A stretch of DNA of 60,413 bases, the filler included, from Stramenopiles sp. TOSAG23-6 (lineage: Eukaryota): assembly GCA_900128565.1 (NCBI GenBank). It is 13 parts of 13 records of this genome, joined end to end, with 100 filler letters (N's around TTAATTAATTAA, not from the genome) between each part and the next. Parts side by side here need not be neighbours in the genome. Positions count along the whole stretch, not along the records: positions 46,574 to 51,120 come from LT637133.1; positions 51,221 to 55,767 come from LT637134.1; positions 55,868 to 60,413 come from LT637135.1; 10 more parts are not named here. The stretch is one strand, 5' to 3'. How positions within the stretch are numbered: the stretch's first letter is position 1; the number at the start of each line of letters is the position of its first letter. The notes below the pieces were generated by a model that was given only the letters and a program-made list of their open reading frames with translations, made no database searches and had not been told where the DNA came from. Below, one piece after another: positions 49,877-60,413 of this stretch. A program made the position numbers and the translations under genes.

Positions 49877-50162
49877 TAAGTTATATGATGCTCCCAAAAT
49901 GGGAGCTTTTGGCTTTCTAGAGGAATTGTTACCGTTTACTGACTTTATTCCTACTGCATTACTATGTTGGGCCCAAAAATATCTTTTCTCTTCATCAAAT
50001 CATCAGTACAGACGACCGCCTGTAGAAGTAGATTAAATAAAATATCATACTTTTTGAAAGACCATAGAAAAAAATACTCCAAATAAAAAATATTGTTCAT
50101 AGCTTGTACACCTAAAAAATATTCTTTATAGTGTACAGTATTTATTATTGAAACAAAACAAA

Positions 50163-51059
50163 TTAGGTTACAACAGCCATCACTACTGTAATATCATCCA
50201 TTTTGCCACCTTCAAATTCATAACCGCATTGTCTTGCATTTCTACTAAAAGGACTTGGTTTGGAGGTTGACTTTGCATTAACTAGTGCTAACTTTGCAAT
50301 AATTTCAGCTAGTTTATCTATGAGTAATCCATGTATAAGTCCGTTTTTAATGGTCTCTTTCTCTGATTTATTTACTGGAATACCACAGGATCCTCCAACT
50401 GAAGTAACATCATCTAACAAAGATGTTATTTCGTTGTTCCAGACATTATCAAATAGCCCATCAGTGGCGGCTAAAATAAGGTCACCTGGCTTTACTAACA
50501 ATTTATATGAGTCCGCGTCTTCCACCGTATCACTAGATCCAGTGCCTAATTGATTAGGAAAATTAAACCCTTTAAGTTGATTTGACTCACATGATTTCAT
50601 TACGATACCCCAAGGTTTGCTTTGATACGTATCTTCTTTATAATCTTTTTCCTCAGAGCTATTTTTTCTTGTCATGCAATCTCTTACAAAATCCATAAAA
50701 ACCTGTTTTTTTTTTAACTTTTTTGAACCATCTATATATCCACGCCGTAGAACCATAAATCCAGAATCCCCCAGAACAACTGCGTCTAGAGCTTTCTTTT
50801 CGGCATCATGTATTGTGAAAATATTTGTAATTTGAAATTCGTAAGGTACAAAAGGAATTTTTAGGTACAAATTTTTTATGAAAAAAAATTAATGATGAAA
50901 ACGTACATACGTTAAAATACAAGCTGTAGAAGAACCTTTGGCTTGTACCTTTTTCGCAGCTTTGGAAAGAATTTGATTTGGAGAGAATAATGTTTCCGAC
51001 ATAGCGAATGATTTTGCATGATCTAAGAGTTCTCTTGAATAAGCACCTGAATCTACCCC
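50163..51059 (-). CDS. PTC7: PTC7-type PP2C phosphatase, 3' part; GT...AT intron at 50808-50906
   Basis: GVDSGAYSRELL, GSSTAC, LGDSGF, ATDGLFDN, GGKMDDITV. Confidence 0.88.
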
Positions 51060-51275
51060 ATGTAATTTGGAAAAATATTTCAAAAAAAATCTAAAAAAAT
51101 TGTTAGGTACAAAATTTCGTNNNNNNNNNNNNNNNNNNNNNNNNNNNNNNNNNNNNNNNNNNNNTTAATTAATTAANNNNNNNNNNNNNNNNNNNNNNNN
51201 NNNNNNNNNNNNNNNNNNNNCGTACGAAATTTTGTACCTAACGATTTTTTTTGAAATATTTTTCCAAAATGCATG

Positions 51276-51823
51276 ATGCAGGTGATCCGATGACTGTTTG
51301 GGAAATAATACATGAACATTACGCACAGCCTGTTTTATACCACATGAAAACGATTCGTAGGTATGGACCTGTTCTATTTCTTTCTCAAAAAATGGTGACA
51401 GATCAAAATTATACAACGACGAAGGATCGAGATGACATGAAAAAACTAAAAGAAGATAGAATAAGTCAATTAAAACTGGAATACTCTCAAAGAAAAAGGG
51501 AAGTGTTTCCCAACAAATTGCCCAGTATTTTAGTAAAAGAAAAAAAAAATATTCGATTTTGGGATAGAAAAACAAATGCAAAAGTTGTACCCGTTGTAGA
51601 GATGAAAAAAGAACATTTACAAGTTGTTCACGAGAATACAGATATTATAATAGGTGATAGCTTAGTCCCTGTTGGGAAAGATGATTCAAAAAATATCCCC
51701 ATCATTCCACCACAAAAAATAGAACTTAGAATAGACTCGAATGATGGTATGGCATATAATATGACACAGTTTAAAGAATGTTATGGTGGTTTAGTTGAGT
51801 GGAATAATTCTCAACCAGTTTAA
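51276..51823 (+). CDS. Hypothetical protein last exon
   Basis: Open frame after family acceptor CCAAAATGCAT. Confidence 0.55.
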
Positions 51824-52015
51824 AACAATGAATAAATTAAAAACATTATTTAATTTTAGTTTTCTAAAAAAAGTTACATTATTTATTTTTTAGCTTTCTC
51901 AAAAAGTTTAAAATCTCTGATTCATTGTCGCGTTTGCTTCTATTTCCTCCATATCCCTCCTTATGTCGATGTGTTGATTTCAACAACAGTAGCTTTGGAA
52001 TTGCTTCACATTCAT

Positions 52016-52471
52016 CTAATAATTATCGAGAATGTTTTGTAGTTTAAATAAAATACACAATAAAATTAAAGACAATAACAAAAGTGAAAACCAATGCCCA
52101 CAACAGCAATCATATGTAAGACATTTGCAATATCCACATATACCTTTCTTTGACCATCGAAGTATCGTACGAGCTCTATTTGAAACACGCTCCATCAGGC
52201 TTGTAGATTGTTCGACTTCAACGTCGAGTTTTTCTATCACCTGTTTCTGATAGTCCATCTCGAGATCAAGAGATCGACTCAAACCAAGCAAATTATTCAA
52301 ACCTGTATCTAATATATCTAGTCCTGAGTCCTGTTTTTTTAAAAAATCTTTTTGTTTTGCTAATACTTCACGTACCTTCATAGCTTTTCTTTCACTTTCA
52401 TCATCAGAAAAATCTTCTAAGAGGGCTTTACGTTCTAATGAATGTTCCGAATAGTTTCTATGTCTTGGCAT
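52016..52471 (-). CDS. Qc-type SNARE protein
   Basis: KQDSGLDIL...EMDYQKQVIEKLD motif and C-terminal TM. Confidence 0.7.
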   Translation of the reverse strand: MPRHRNYSEHSLERKALLEDFSDDESERKAMKVREVLAKQKDFLKKQDSGLDILDTGLNNLLGLSRSLDLEMDYQKQVIEKLDVEVEQSTSLMERVSNRARTILRWSKKGICGYCKCLTYDCCCGHWFSLLLLSLILLCILFKLQNILDNY

Positions 52472-52802
52472 TGTATAAATATAACGTGGGCAATGTTACT
52501 TTAATCTTTGTCTGTATAGTTACAACATTGATTGATATCCAAGAGGATTTTTATAGGCTTTTAAATTTTATCTCATGTAAAAAACAAGACTATTCAAAAT
52601 TTCAAATAATATTGACACGACACACACACACACACACACAGGAGCGCTTTTGTATTTAAATACGTACTATTTAGGGTTAGGGTTCAGAATGAAACTGTCT
52701 CCCCAAGCAAAGCCATGCTATCGATCGTCGTCGTCGGATCGAAAAAAGTGGAACACAGACGTTCAAAATAATTTCCTTGACAAAGTACATCTTGAATTAA
52801 CC

Positions 52803-53537
52803 ATGTCGTTTTATGATGTTTTGGGTGTATCTAAAACAGCCACTACGCGTGACATCAAAAAGGCATTTCGCAAATTAGCTCTCAAGGAGCACCCTGACAA
52901 AGGCGGAGATCCTGAACGTTTTAAGCAAATTGCTCAGGCATATGAGACACTTGTTGATGACGCAAAAAGAAGGGATTATGATCAAGTTGGGAGTACAAGC
53001 AATATGGGTGGTGGCTTCCAATCGAGGGGTTTCCATACTCCATTTTCATTCCAAAGAGCAGAAGATGTCTTTGCCGCTTTTTTCGGTAATGATGATTTTA
53101 TGAGAGGTAGTAGTTTTTCGGGTTTTGGTGGTGATGACTTCTTTGGAGGCACAAATAGAAGCACAAATAGAAGCACTAATAGAAACACCAATGATAATAG
53201 AAGTATGATGTTTCCCGGTTTTGGTGGTGGTTTTTTTGGTAGAAGTGCTTTTGATATGTCTCCTTTTGGTGGTGATCCTTTCGGTGGTGATTCGTTTGGG
53301 CGTGGTTTTCATAGTAGTGGGATGAGTAGTTTTGCATCGTCCAGTAGTAGTTCTAATAGAGGTGGTTATTCAAAATCTGTTTCTACCCGCTCCCATATTG
53401 GCCCAGACGGACGTCGTATCACAACAACTACCACTACTGTTCGACATCCCGATGGTAGGGAGGAAACAGATACAACTACAACTACAAATGGACCATCTTT
53501 GGAAAATACTAGTGGTAGACGTGGCTTGCTGCAGTGA
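52803..53537 (+). CDS. DnaJ protein, DNAJB6/B2-like
   Basis: J domain with HPDK, G/F-rich region, S/T-rich SKSVST...TTTT C-terminus. Confidence 0.9.
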   Translation: MSFYDVLGVSKTATTRDIKKAFRKLALKEHPDKGGDPERFKQIAQAYETLVDDAKRRDYDQVGSTSNMGGGFQSRGFHTPFSFQRAEDVFAAFFGNDDFMRGSSFSGFGGDDFFGGTNRSTNRSTNRNTNDNRSMMFPGFGGGFFGRSAFDMSPFGGDPFGGDSFGRGFHSSGMSSFASSSSSSNRGGYSKSVSTRSHIGPDGRRITTTTTTVRHPDGREETDTTTTTNGPSLENTSGRRGLLQ

Positions 53538-53811
53538 TTTTATTCTTTTTGGAGGTTTATTTTTCAATTGGTATAAAGTATATTTAAATTTTTTTATTAA
53601 TTGTATGATTGAATCGACACAGAAACTTGGATTTTGATCTCTTGAAACAGTGAGGCATTGTGAGATTCCGTACCATTTTTTTGTATCTAATTTTCAATTC
53701 TAAATATCGAAATCGAAATTTTTGACTTTTTTGAGAATTTTTTTGCGACCTTCCCATAAAAGTCCAAAAAAAACAACATTACTTTGTAGAAGTACGACAT
53801 CACAATCAGCG

Positions 53812-55186
53812 ATGCCGAAATCATCATCATCGAAAGCACAAAAGGGAGCTAGATCAAGCTCGAGAAAACCTCGGAAAGGATCAAGAAAAACCCAGAAAGG
53901 TGATAAAAAGAAAGTACGAAAGAGAACAAGATCAAGAACAAGATCAAGGACAAGATCAAGAACAAGATCAAGAAAAAAACCACGAAAAAAACAGAAAGAT
54001 GAAAAAGAGGTGTACCCTGGTGTCACTATTCACAACCTGCCTCTCTTTATAGTATCTGTATTTTGTATGGTTTGTATTAAATTCCTGATTATGTCTCGTT
54101 GGTACAGCCCTCAGGATACAGAACTCCTTCTGAATGTTTGTTTATTTCCCATGGTACTTGCTGTTTATTCTTTGTCACCAATCGAGCAACCAGAGGCATA
54201 CCACAATTTTGCTGACCAAAGAGTATTATGTGGCTGCCTTCCAAATTACATGGATGTATTGTCGAATATTCCCTTTGCAATTTTTGGTATACTGGGAGTA
54301 GTTGCTATAGCAGATGACACACGGCTTACTATTGATTCTGAAATGGAGCGCAAGGCTTGGATTTCTTTCTTCGTTGGGATTACAGGCATTTCCATAGGCT
54401 CAGCATACTACCACTGGTATCGTACTTCACCTACTCTTGTATGGGATAGATTGCCAATGACTGTCGCATTTCTTTCAGCCCTCAATATTCAGTACATGTA
54501 CGTTTTTATCAACTCCAACTTGATTATTTTTCATACAAAATTCCGTACCTAACATATATTTTTTCTAAAAATATTTTTTCACGATATATGGAACGAATTT
54601 CGATTACATACGGCCAATATCTATATGCATTTATTTTTTTTGGATTATTCAGTGTATTCTCATGGCAATTTACGAAGGATCTGCGACTGTATGTCATTGC
54701 GCAGTTTTACCCTACTATAATCATTCCTATAATGATGTACGTTTTCATCATCAATTTCAAATTTATTATTTTTCGTACCAAATTTCGTACCTAATAATTT
54801 TGAAAAAAATTTAAATATTTTTCACAATATATGTATTCACTTGAACCAAAATATTCGAGACCGGATCTACTCCTACTTGCCTTCTCCTTTAATATAGCTT
54901 GCAAAATATCTGAATCATTAGATAAACAAATTTTTACGTTGACCAATGGAATCATAAGTGGACATACATTGAAGCATATGTACATTTTCAAAGTTGAATT
55001 TCGAATTTATTTTTTTTGTACCACATTTTGTACCTAACAATTTTTTTTTTTTTTACGAAAAAAAAAAAAAATATTTTTTCACAATATATTTTAGCTTCGT
55101 TGACTCCTCTAACAGCACTGTATTATCTTCAGGAAAGAGAACTACAAATAGCCGATAGCATGGGTCATGAAAGATTAGTAATGTAG
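53812..55186 (+). CDS. Alkaline-ceramidase-like (CREST) membrane protein; GT...AT introns at 54498-54589, 54737-54832, 54980-55089
   Basis: YHNFADQR, VLSNIPF, GSAYYH, WDRLPMT, SGHTLKH; all three junctions are AT|GTAC...ATATAT and restore the frame. Confidence 0.85.
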
Positions 55187-55867
55187 ATGAATCGATGAAC
55201 TTTATCTTCTTTAGATTTTTGAAATTTTGAAATTTTGAAATTTTGAAATTTTTCTGTTCAACAAAAGAATGATAATATATATTTTTTTTGTTTTTTTTGT
55301 TTTTTGGTTAGGTACAAAATTTACTACGAAAAAANNNNNNNNNNNNNNNNNNNNNNNNNNNNNNNNNNNNNNNNNNNNNNNNNNNNNNNNNNNNNNNNNN
55401 NNNNNNNNNNNNNNNNNNNNNNNNNNNNNNNNNNNNNNNNNNNNNNNNNNNNNNNNNNNNNNNNNNNNNNNNNNNNNNNNNNNNNNNNNNNNNNNNNNNN
55501 NNNNNNNNNNNNNNNNNNNNNNNNNNNNNNNNNNNNNNNNNTTTTTTTACTCTAAAAAAAAAAAAAAAAAAAAATATTTTTTCACAATATATTGGGATAG
55601 AATAAAAAACGTCGCAATGCTAGAAGATGATATAAAAACAGCAAATTTAGCAAAAGAAGCATTTGTAACTGCAGATTATCGACGAAATACTTTTTTTCAA
55701 CTTCAAAATTGGAATGGAAAGCATGATAGTTGGATGCGATGGATTAAGTAATAAAAAAGAATTCTATNNNNNNNNNNNNNNNNNNNNNNNNNNNNNNNNN
55801 NNNNNNNNNNNTTAATTAATTAANNNNNNNNNNNNNNNNNNNNNNNNNNNNNNNNNNNNNNNNNNNN

Positions 55868-56607
55868 AGAGGTTTGTGCCCTAATACTGAGGCACCCAAG
55901 CGTAAAGTATTTTGTCTTCTTATACCATCCAATTTTTGCGTGCAATTTGACCAGAACTCTGTTGAAGAAATTACACCAGAAACAACCATATTTACAAAAG
56001 ATGTATAAACGTCCAAATTCATTTCCAATAACTGTAGTTGTGTTTTTGTAAGTTTTTTCTTTATGGCATCAGTGAGTTGGACTCGGTGTTGCCCTTTTTG
56101 TTTTTTTATACTATTTTTTATAATTGGTTCAAACGATGATTGTCTATTAGACATAGAAGTGTTTGTATCATTTCGATGTGTAGACTCTGTATTTGCAGCA
56201 GAAATTACAGCAGCAGAGCTTCTATTTTTCAATCTAGGCTGATACTGAGACATCTTTCTTCCTGGTTTTCCATGAATAAGTTTTCCAGCAGTAATGTCAG
56301 CATCTTTCAATGAACGTTGAACATGACTCTTAAAGCAAAATGTGATATTTTTCTTAGACGCTTTACCAGTATTATTGGGCGACTTCAAGATAAAACGAAT
56401 CATGCCTTTAGACTTTTGTACCATGTGTTTCTTGATATTGCTGAATGTTTCAGCAATATGACGCGACTTATCTGCCGACTCCCACAATATACGCTGGGAG
56501 GAAAGAATTAGAGTACCTGGCGTTTCAATATGACTTTGGCACATGCTTGTGCTTGATATTCGCAACTTAATGCGTTCCTGCGGAAGTAGAGTGGGCCACA
56601 GTGGCAT
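55868..56607 (-). CDS. GTF2H1: TFIIH p62/Tfb1-like, 5' part
   Basis: PH-like GTLIL...ILW region followed by BSD-like VSGVISSTEFW. Confidence 0.6.
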
Positions 56608-57070
56608 TATTCTTTCACAACTTCTAGTTTTGGTTCCATGTATTGTATTCGTCAACTAAATTGAAAGTAATTATTAGTTGTTGGAAGTTCACGCATTTCC
56701 CTTATCTTCTGTATATAGCAAGATATTAAACTAAAGCGATCTAACTTAATTGAAATCCATTTATCAAACCCAACTTATTGTGTGTTCATAAGAAAAACGT
56801 GCAACTTCGACTTGTTGTATTACTACACTATCTTTTTGCTGTAAAATTTGATCTCAAAAATCGAAATAATCGGAAAATCTCGGCCAACACTAAATGATGA
56901 AATCGAAATGCAACTTCAACTCTTCAAAGATAGTATCATCAAAGTAACAAACAAACAATAATACTTTTCAATTAAACAGAAATTTAAACGTTGAAGAATT
57001 TCCGAAGAAGCGTTTATTTCAAATTTAACAAGTATCACATTAAAATTTCAGAAAAAAGAAGCAAAATAGC

Positions 57071-57976
57071 TTAAAAGTCTCCAAGATCAAAACCCAACCC
57101 AAACTTGGTTTCTGTTGGCGACGAAGTATTTTGCATAAATTCCATGTTCACAGTAGCTGATGCAGTCACTTTGAGTGCTGGTCGGACAAGATGAGAACAG
57201 GATAATGATAAATCAGCTTTTTCATCAAGCATTCCTTGAAATACTACATTTTTATCCAACACATATTTGCCTCCCATTTTGGTAGACACTGCCGATTCTT
57301 TAGGTCGTGTAAAGTCATAGGAGCACAAACTCGCAAAAGTCACTTTATCAGAGTATTTATGGAACATAGAAAAGACACCAGTGTTCTTTGATGAAGTTTT
57401 AGTATAGCGAAAATTCATGTTGTACCCTGGACCGTGATAACCTACAAGACCGCCATAAGCCTTGATAGGGAATGGCTTCGAAGTATTACCAAAAAGAGTA
57501 TTTACACTGGCACCAAAAGCAAATTTTTTGTATGAACTGAGAAAATTTGCATTAAGGGTCCCATTGACTGGGTCAACCTTCAGAATACTCATTGATGGTC
57601 CCATCTGGTATTCCAGACCAACTTCACTTTTTTCATCTTTGCCATTCTGGAGAATATCCTTCAATACAACGTCAAGTGTAAATTTCGCTCCTTTAGCTGC
57701 ACCATTGAGAGAGAGGTTGCTGGTAAAAGTATGATCTGATTTCACTTCGACTTTTTCGACGTGAAAGCCACTAGCATCCTTGTATTTCGCGGCAAGTTTT
57801 CCAACAACACCTTTACTGGTCTGCTTGATTTCCTTAGTAAAAGTGACACCGTCTTTCGATGTTGCTTTCATAGTAGCTCGTTGACCATCTAAGTCATAGC
57901 CGCGTTTGAAAATATCAGAAGCACACTTATCAGCATCCTCATACTTTGTAGGTTTTCCTTGGCAGCATTTTCCCAT
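57071..57976 (-). CDS. VDAC: VDAC/mitochondrial porin
   Basis: YEDADKCASDIFKRGY N-helix, amphipathic beta strands, C-terminal KFGLGFDL. Confidence 0.85.
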   Translation of the reverse strand: MGKCCQGKPTKYEDADKCASDIFKRGYDLDGQRATMKATSKDGVTFTKEIKQTSKGVVGKLAAKYKDASGFHVEKVEVKSDHTFTSNLSLNGAAKGAKFTLDVVLKDILQNGKDEKSEVGLEYQMGPSMSILKVDPVNGTLNANFLSSYKKFAFGASVNTLFGNTSKPFPIKAYGGLVGYHGPGYNMNFRYTKTSSKNTGVFSMFHKYSDKVTFASLCSYDFTRPKESAVSTKMGGKYVLDKNVVFQGMLDEKADLSLSCSHLVRPALKVTASATVNMEFMQNTSSPTETKFGLGFDLGDF

Positions 57977-58313
57977 TTTAATTTATTTGTGATATATAAT
58001 ATTGTGTTTTCGAGTTTGTACGACGTGGTGTTTGCGGAAGAATTGATAATTTTGTCAATTATCTACTTTTTTGTCCAGTGATTTGCTATTATTCTACGGT
58101 ACGACCAGCAACGCAAAACACGAAATAATTTTCGTGGGCAAACACGAAATAATTTTCGTGGGCAGTCTCTCGAATTCTCGAGATCTCGCGTAACGCAGAA
58201 ATTTCTGTGCTTTTGTTTTTGGCCTTGTGTTGTATGTACTATTATATACTTTTTGTGCGAGTTTCGATTCGTCTAAATTAATCAAATCGATTAATTCAAA
58301 AGAAGATTTTACA

Positions 58314-59388
58314 ATGTCTAAAGCAAGACAATCATCCGAACCTAGTTTATGTATTGGTGGATGTATGTTCTTTGGGTAAGTTGAATTTATCGTAATTTGG
58401 GTTTACTTTTCTTTGTTGCTTCTCGTGCGCGTTTTTTTTGTTTCCGTTGAGGATGCATAGGTTTATGAGACATATTTTTTCCTCTGTATTGTTTCATTCA
58501 AAGTTATATGAGTATTACAGAACTAGATAGAAGCTGATTAAATATGAAATGCGTGTCCGTGAATCATTTCATACATATATTTAATCAGAAAAATCTCTTT
58601 TTTACCTTGTACTCTATTTCTCATTGTTTCTCCAAAAAAGTCCCGGTTCCATTCCTTCTCAAAAAATCTAAATCCAAGCACTGAAATCACTCAATTTATA
58701 TCTGAATATATATACCTTTTAATACAGTAATCCTGCCACTGAAGGATATTGCTCAAAATGTTATCGCGAAAAGCAGTCAACAGAAGCTGGGGATGCACCA
58801 TCAGTTTCTTCTTCTACAACTGAAGTTGCTTCGGTAGAAAGTGCTCCAAAGTTCCCGACTTCTTCCGACGTCTGTCCTCCAACTCTTCCAGAAAAAGAAA
58901 AACCAGCTGCTCCTATGGAAGGAATACATATTGATACAAATCCTACGGAAGTTAGAAATAATGACACAACTGTAGATGATTCTTCAGCGCCACCTTCAAA
59001 GCTAGTCGCCACTTCTCCTTCTTTTGTTCCCGAGAAGTCAAGACAAATTGAGCCACTAGACGTTGATGTATCACCTGTAACACCTGTACCCAAAGAGACG
59101 GTAAAGTCTGACGAAATGTGTGTTGATGAAAAAACACCAAAAGTGGTGGACACAACAGACAAACCTACTGTAGAAAAGAAACGGAAGAAGAAGAAAAAAA
59201 ACAGATGTAAAGTATGTCGAAAGAAACTAACTTTAACAGCGATAAAGTGCCGTTGTGATTTTTTCTTCTGTTCTCAGCACAGATACCCTGATAGTCACGA
59301 ATGTACATTCGACTACCGATCCATGCAGAACACAAACCTTTCGAAAGCTAATCCTGTGTGTGCTCCGAAACAACTTCAATCCATTTAG
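58314..59388 (+). CDS. A20/AN1 zinc-finger protein; canonical intron at 58376-58727
   Basis: Spliced LCIGGCMFFGNPATEGYCSKC (A20) and NRCKVCRKKL...CSQHRYPDSHECTFDY (AN1); GG|GTAAGT...AATACAG|T. Confidence 0.93.
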
Positions 59389-59596
59389 AATTGTACTGAA
59401 GCTAATGAAATTCATTCCCTTAAGCAATGGTTTCCCTCAGACATATTTTTGTAATATAGCAATGGTAAATCCACTATAAGATATTTAATGGGTAAAGTAA
59501 TTATAGAAATACTTTACAAATATAACCATTACAAATTTGTCTGGAAATAAAATATTTATAAGAAAAGTCTAAAGTTTTGTCTTTATTTTTATGTTT

Positions 59597-60034
59597 TCAA
59601 GTTTTCAAGGAAAATACAAAAACTAAAAGAATGGGGATTGTCACTGATACGAAATAGTCATGCAATGGTAACAAATATCCCTGGAAGGAAGGAATCACTG
59701 TAAAAGCAAAAAAGAAAAACGACACGACGAAACTTGAGTTACACATAAATAAGGCTTGCATTGTTGCTTCCCAAGAAATAGCATTCTTTCTTGCAGTTAA
59801 AGCTTTCTGGCGCTCTATACCTTTCTTTGCACCTAAAGGTTTTCTCTCCATTATCCAAGAAATACGTCGAGAATATTTTTTTACTAAGTTAGTATAAGAA
59901 CAATACATTATTACCATCATGAAAAAAGAAACTGCACCAAGCACCTTCTGTTTTTGTATCACGGCTATTTTATACGTAGGAAATGAAAATATCAGTGGCG
60001 GGAGGAAGCTCATAATGGCTGCAATTGGAAGCAT
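59597..60034 (-). CDS. SSR3: TRAP-gamma-like protein (may extend upstream)
   Basis: SYTNL..K, EATMQALFMCN and TM spacing resemble TRAP-gamma. Confidence 0.6.
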   Translation of the reverse strand: MLPIAAIMSFLPPLIFSFPTYKIAVIQKQKVLGAVSFFMMVIMYCSYTNLVKKYSRRISWIMERKPLGAKKGIERQKALTARKNAISWEATMQALFMCNSSFVVSFFFFAFTVIPSFQGYLLPLHDYFVSVTIPILLVFVFSLKT

Positions 60035-60413
60035 AATATATCCTTGACGTTTTGATGATATTAAAATAGTAAGCGATGATTATGATAAATAAATGTTGAA
60101 AAATTAGTCAGAGAATAGAAGGTTTTAATATTTTAAGTGGAGAACGTACTAAAACCAGTTATACTATTATTCATCTTCATTTTCATACGCATGGAACACA
60201 GATAATGTCACGCTGCAACAATTAAATAAAGTATTTTATCTAATCTAAGTCTCTGAATGAGCTTTTTTACACAAAAACTTGGACAATATTTGATTTTTAT
60301 GAAAGCAAAAGAAAAGGCGAAACGAATGCGGCGAAATTTCAAATTTCAAATTTATTATCTTTTTTTTTTTTTTTTTTTTGTTTTTTTTGGTTTTTTTTAA
60401 AAATTTTTTACCT

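Noticed and set aside
280-55751. Recurrent FVRYKISYE / YEILYLT / RNFVPN peptides in the ORF track
   Set aside because: These are translations of the intron core in different frames, not a protein repeat.
4579-55867. Regularly spaced TTAATTAATTAA in N runs
   Set aside because: Artificial linker; gene adjacency across spacers has no meaning.
10382-57976. Stop-codon reassignment as the cause of broken ORFs
   Set aside because: TAA, TAG and TGA all end intact genes, and long exons contain no internal stops.
1-60413. CRISPR array, tRNA or rRNA genes
   Set aside because: The repeats are dispersed inside eukaryotic genes with no repeat-spacer structure, and no RNA gene was recognisable by eye.

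Overview
This window is 13 unrelated eukaryotic contigs of about 4.5 kb, joined by artificial N-TTAATTAATTAA-N spacers. The DNA is AT-rich and gene-dense, consistent with a protist draft or single-cell assembly (lineage not determinable from sequence alone). Recognisable genes: CysRS, DEPDC5, Kv-beta-type aldo-keto reductase, Vps55, CFAP20, 2-hydroxyacid dehydrogenase, RFC5, GPI, Cdc20, GT64, myosin, pseudouridine synthase, Sec63, two SNAREs, Ku80, UGGT, ABCG, PTC7, DnaJB, a ceramidase-like protein, TFIIH p62, VDAC, A20/AN1 and TRAP-gamma. One intact PIF/Harbinger transposon appears twice because its contig is duplicated. The main result is a repetitive family of mostly 90-120 nt introns. They have a GTAYGT-type donor, a core TTTCGTACGAAATTTTGTACCTAAC (palindrome plus branch-point-like motif) and a 3' motif AAATATTTTTYCACAATAC-NN, and they almost never end in AG. 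Of 30 introns I could place at both ends using reading frame and protein motifs, 22 end in AT, 2 in AC, 1 each in GT, TT and TA, 2 in AG, and 1 is ambiguous. 19 of the 30 follow an exonic AT, giving AT|GT...AT|G, which suggests an introner-like origin with AT duplication. Splicing is inferred from DNA only and needs RNA evidence.
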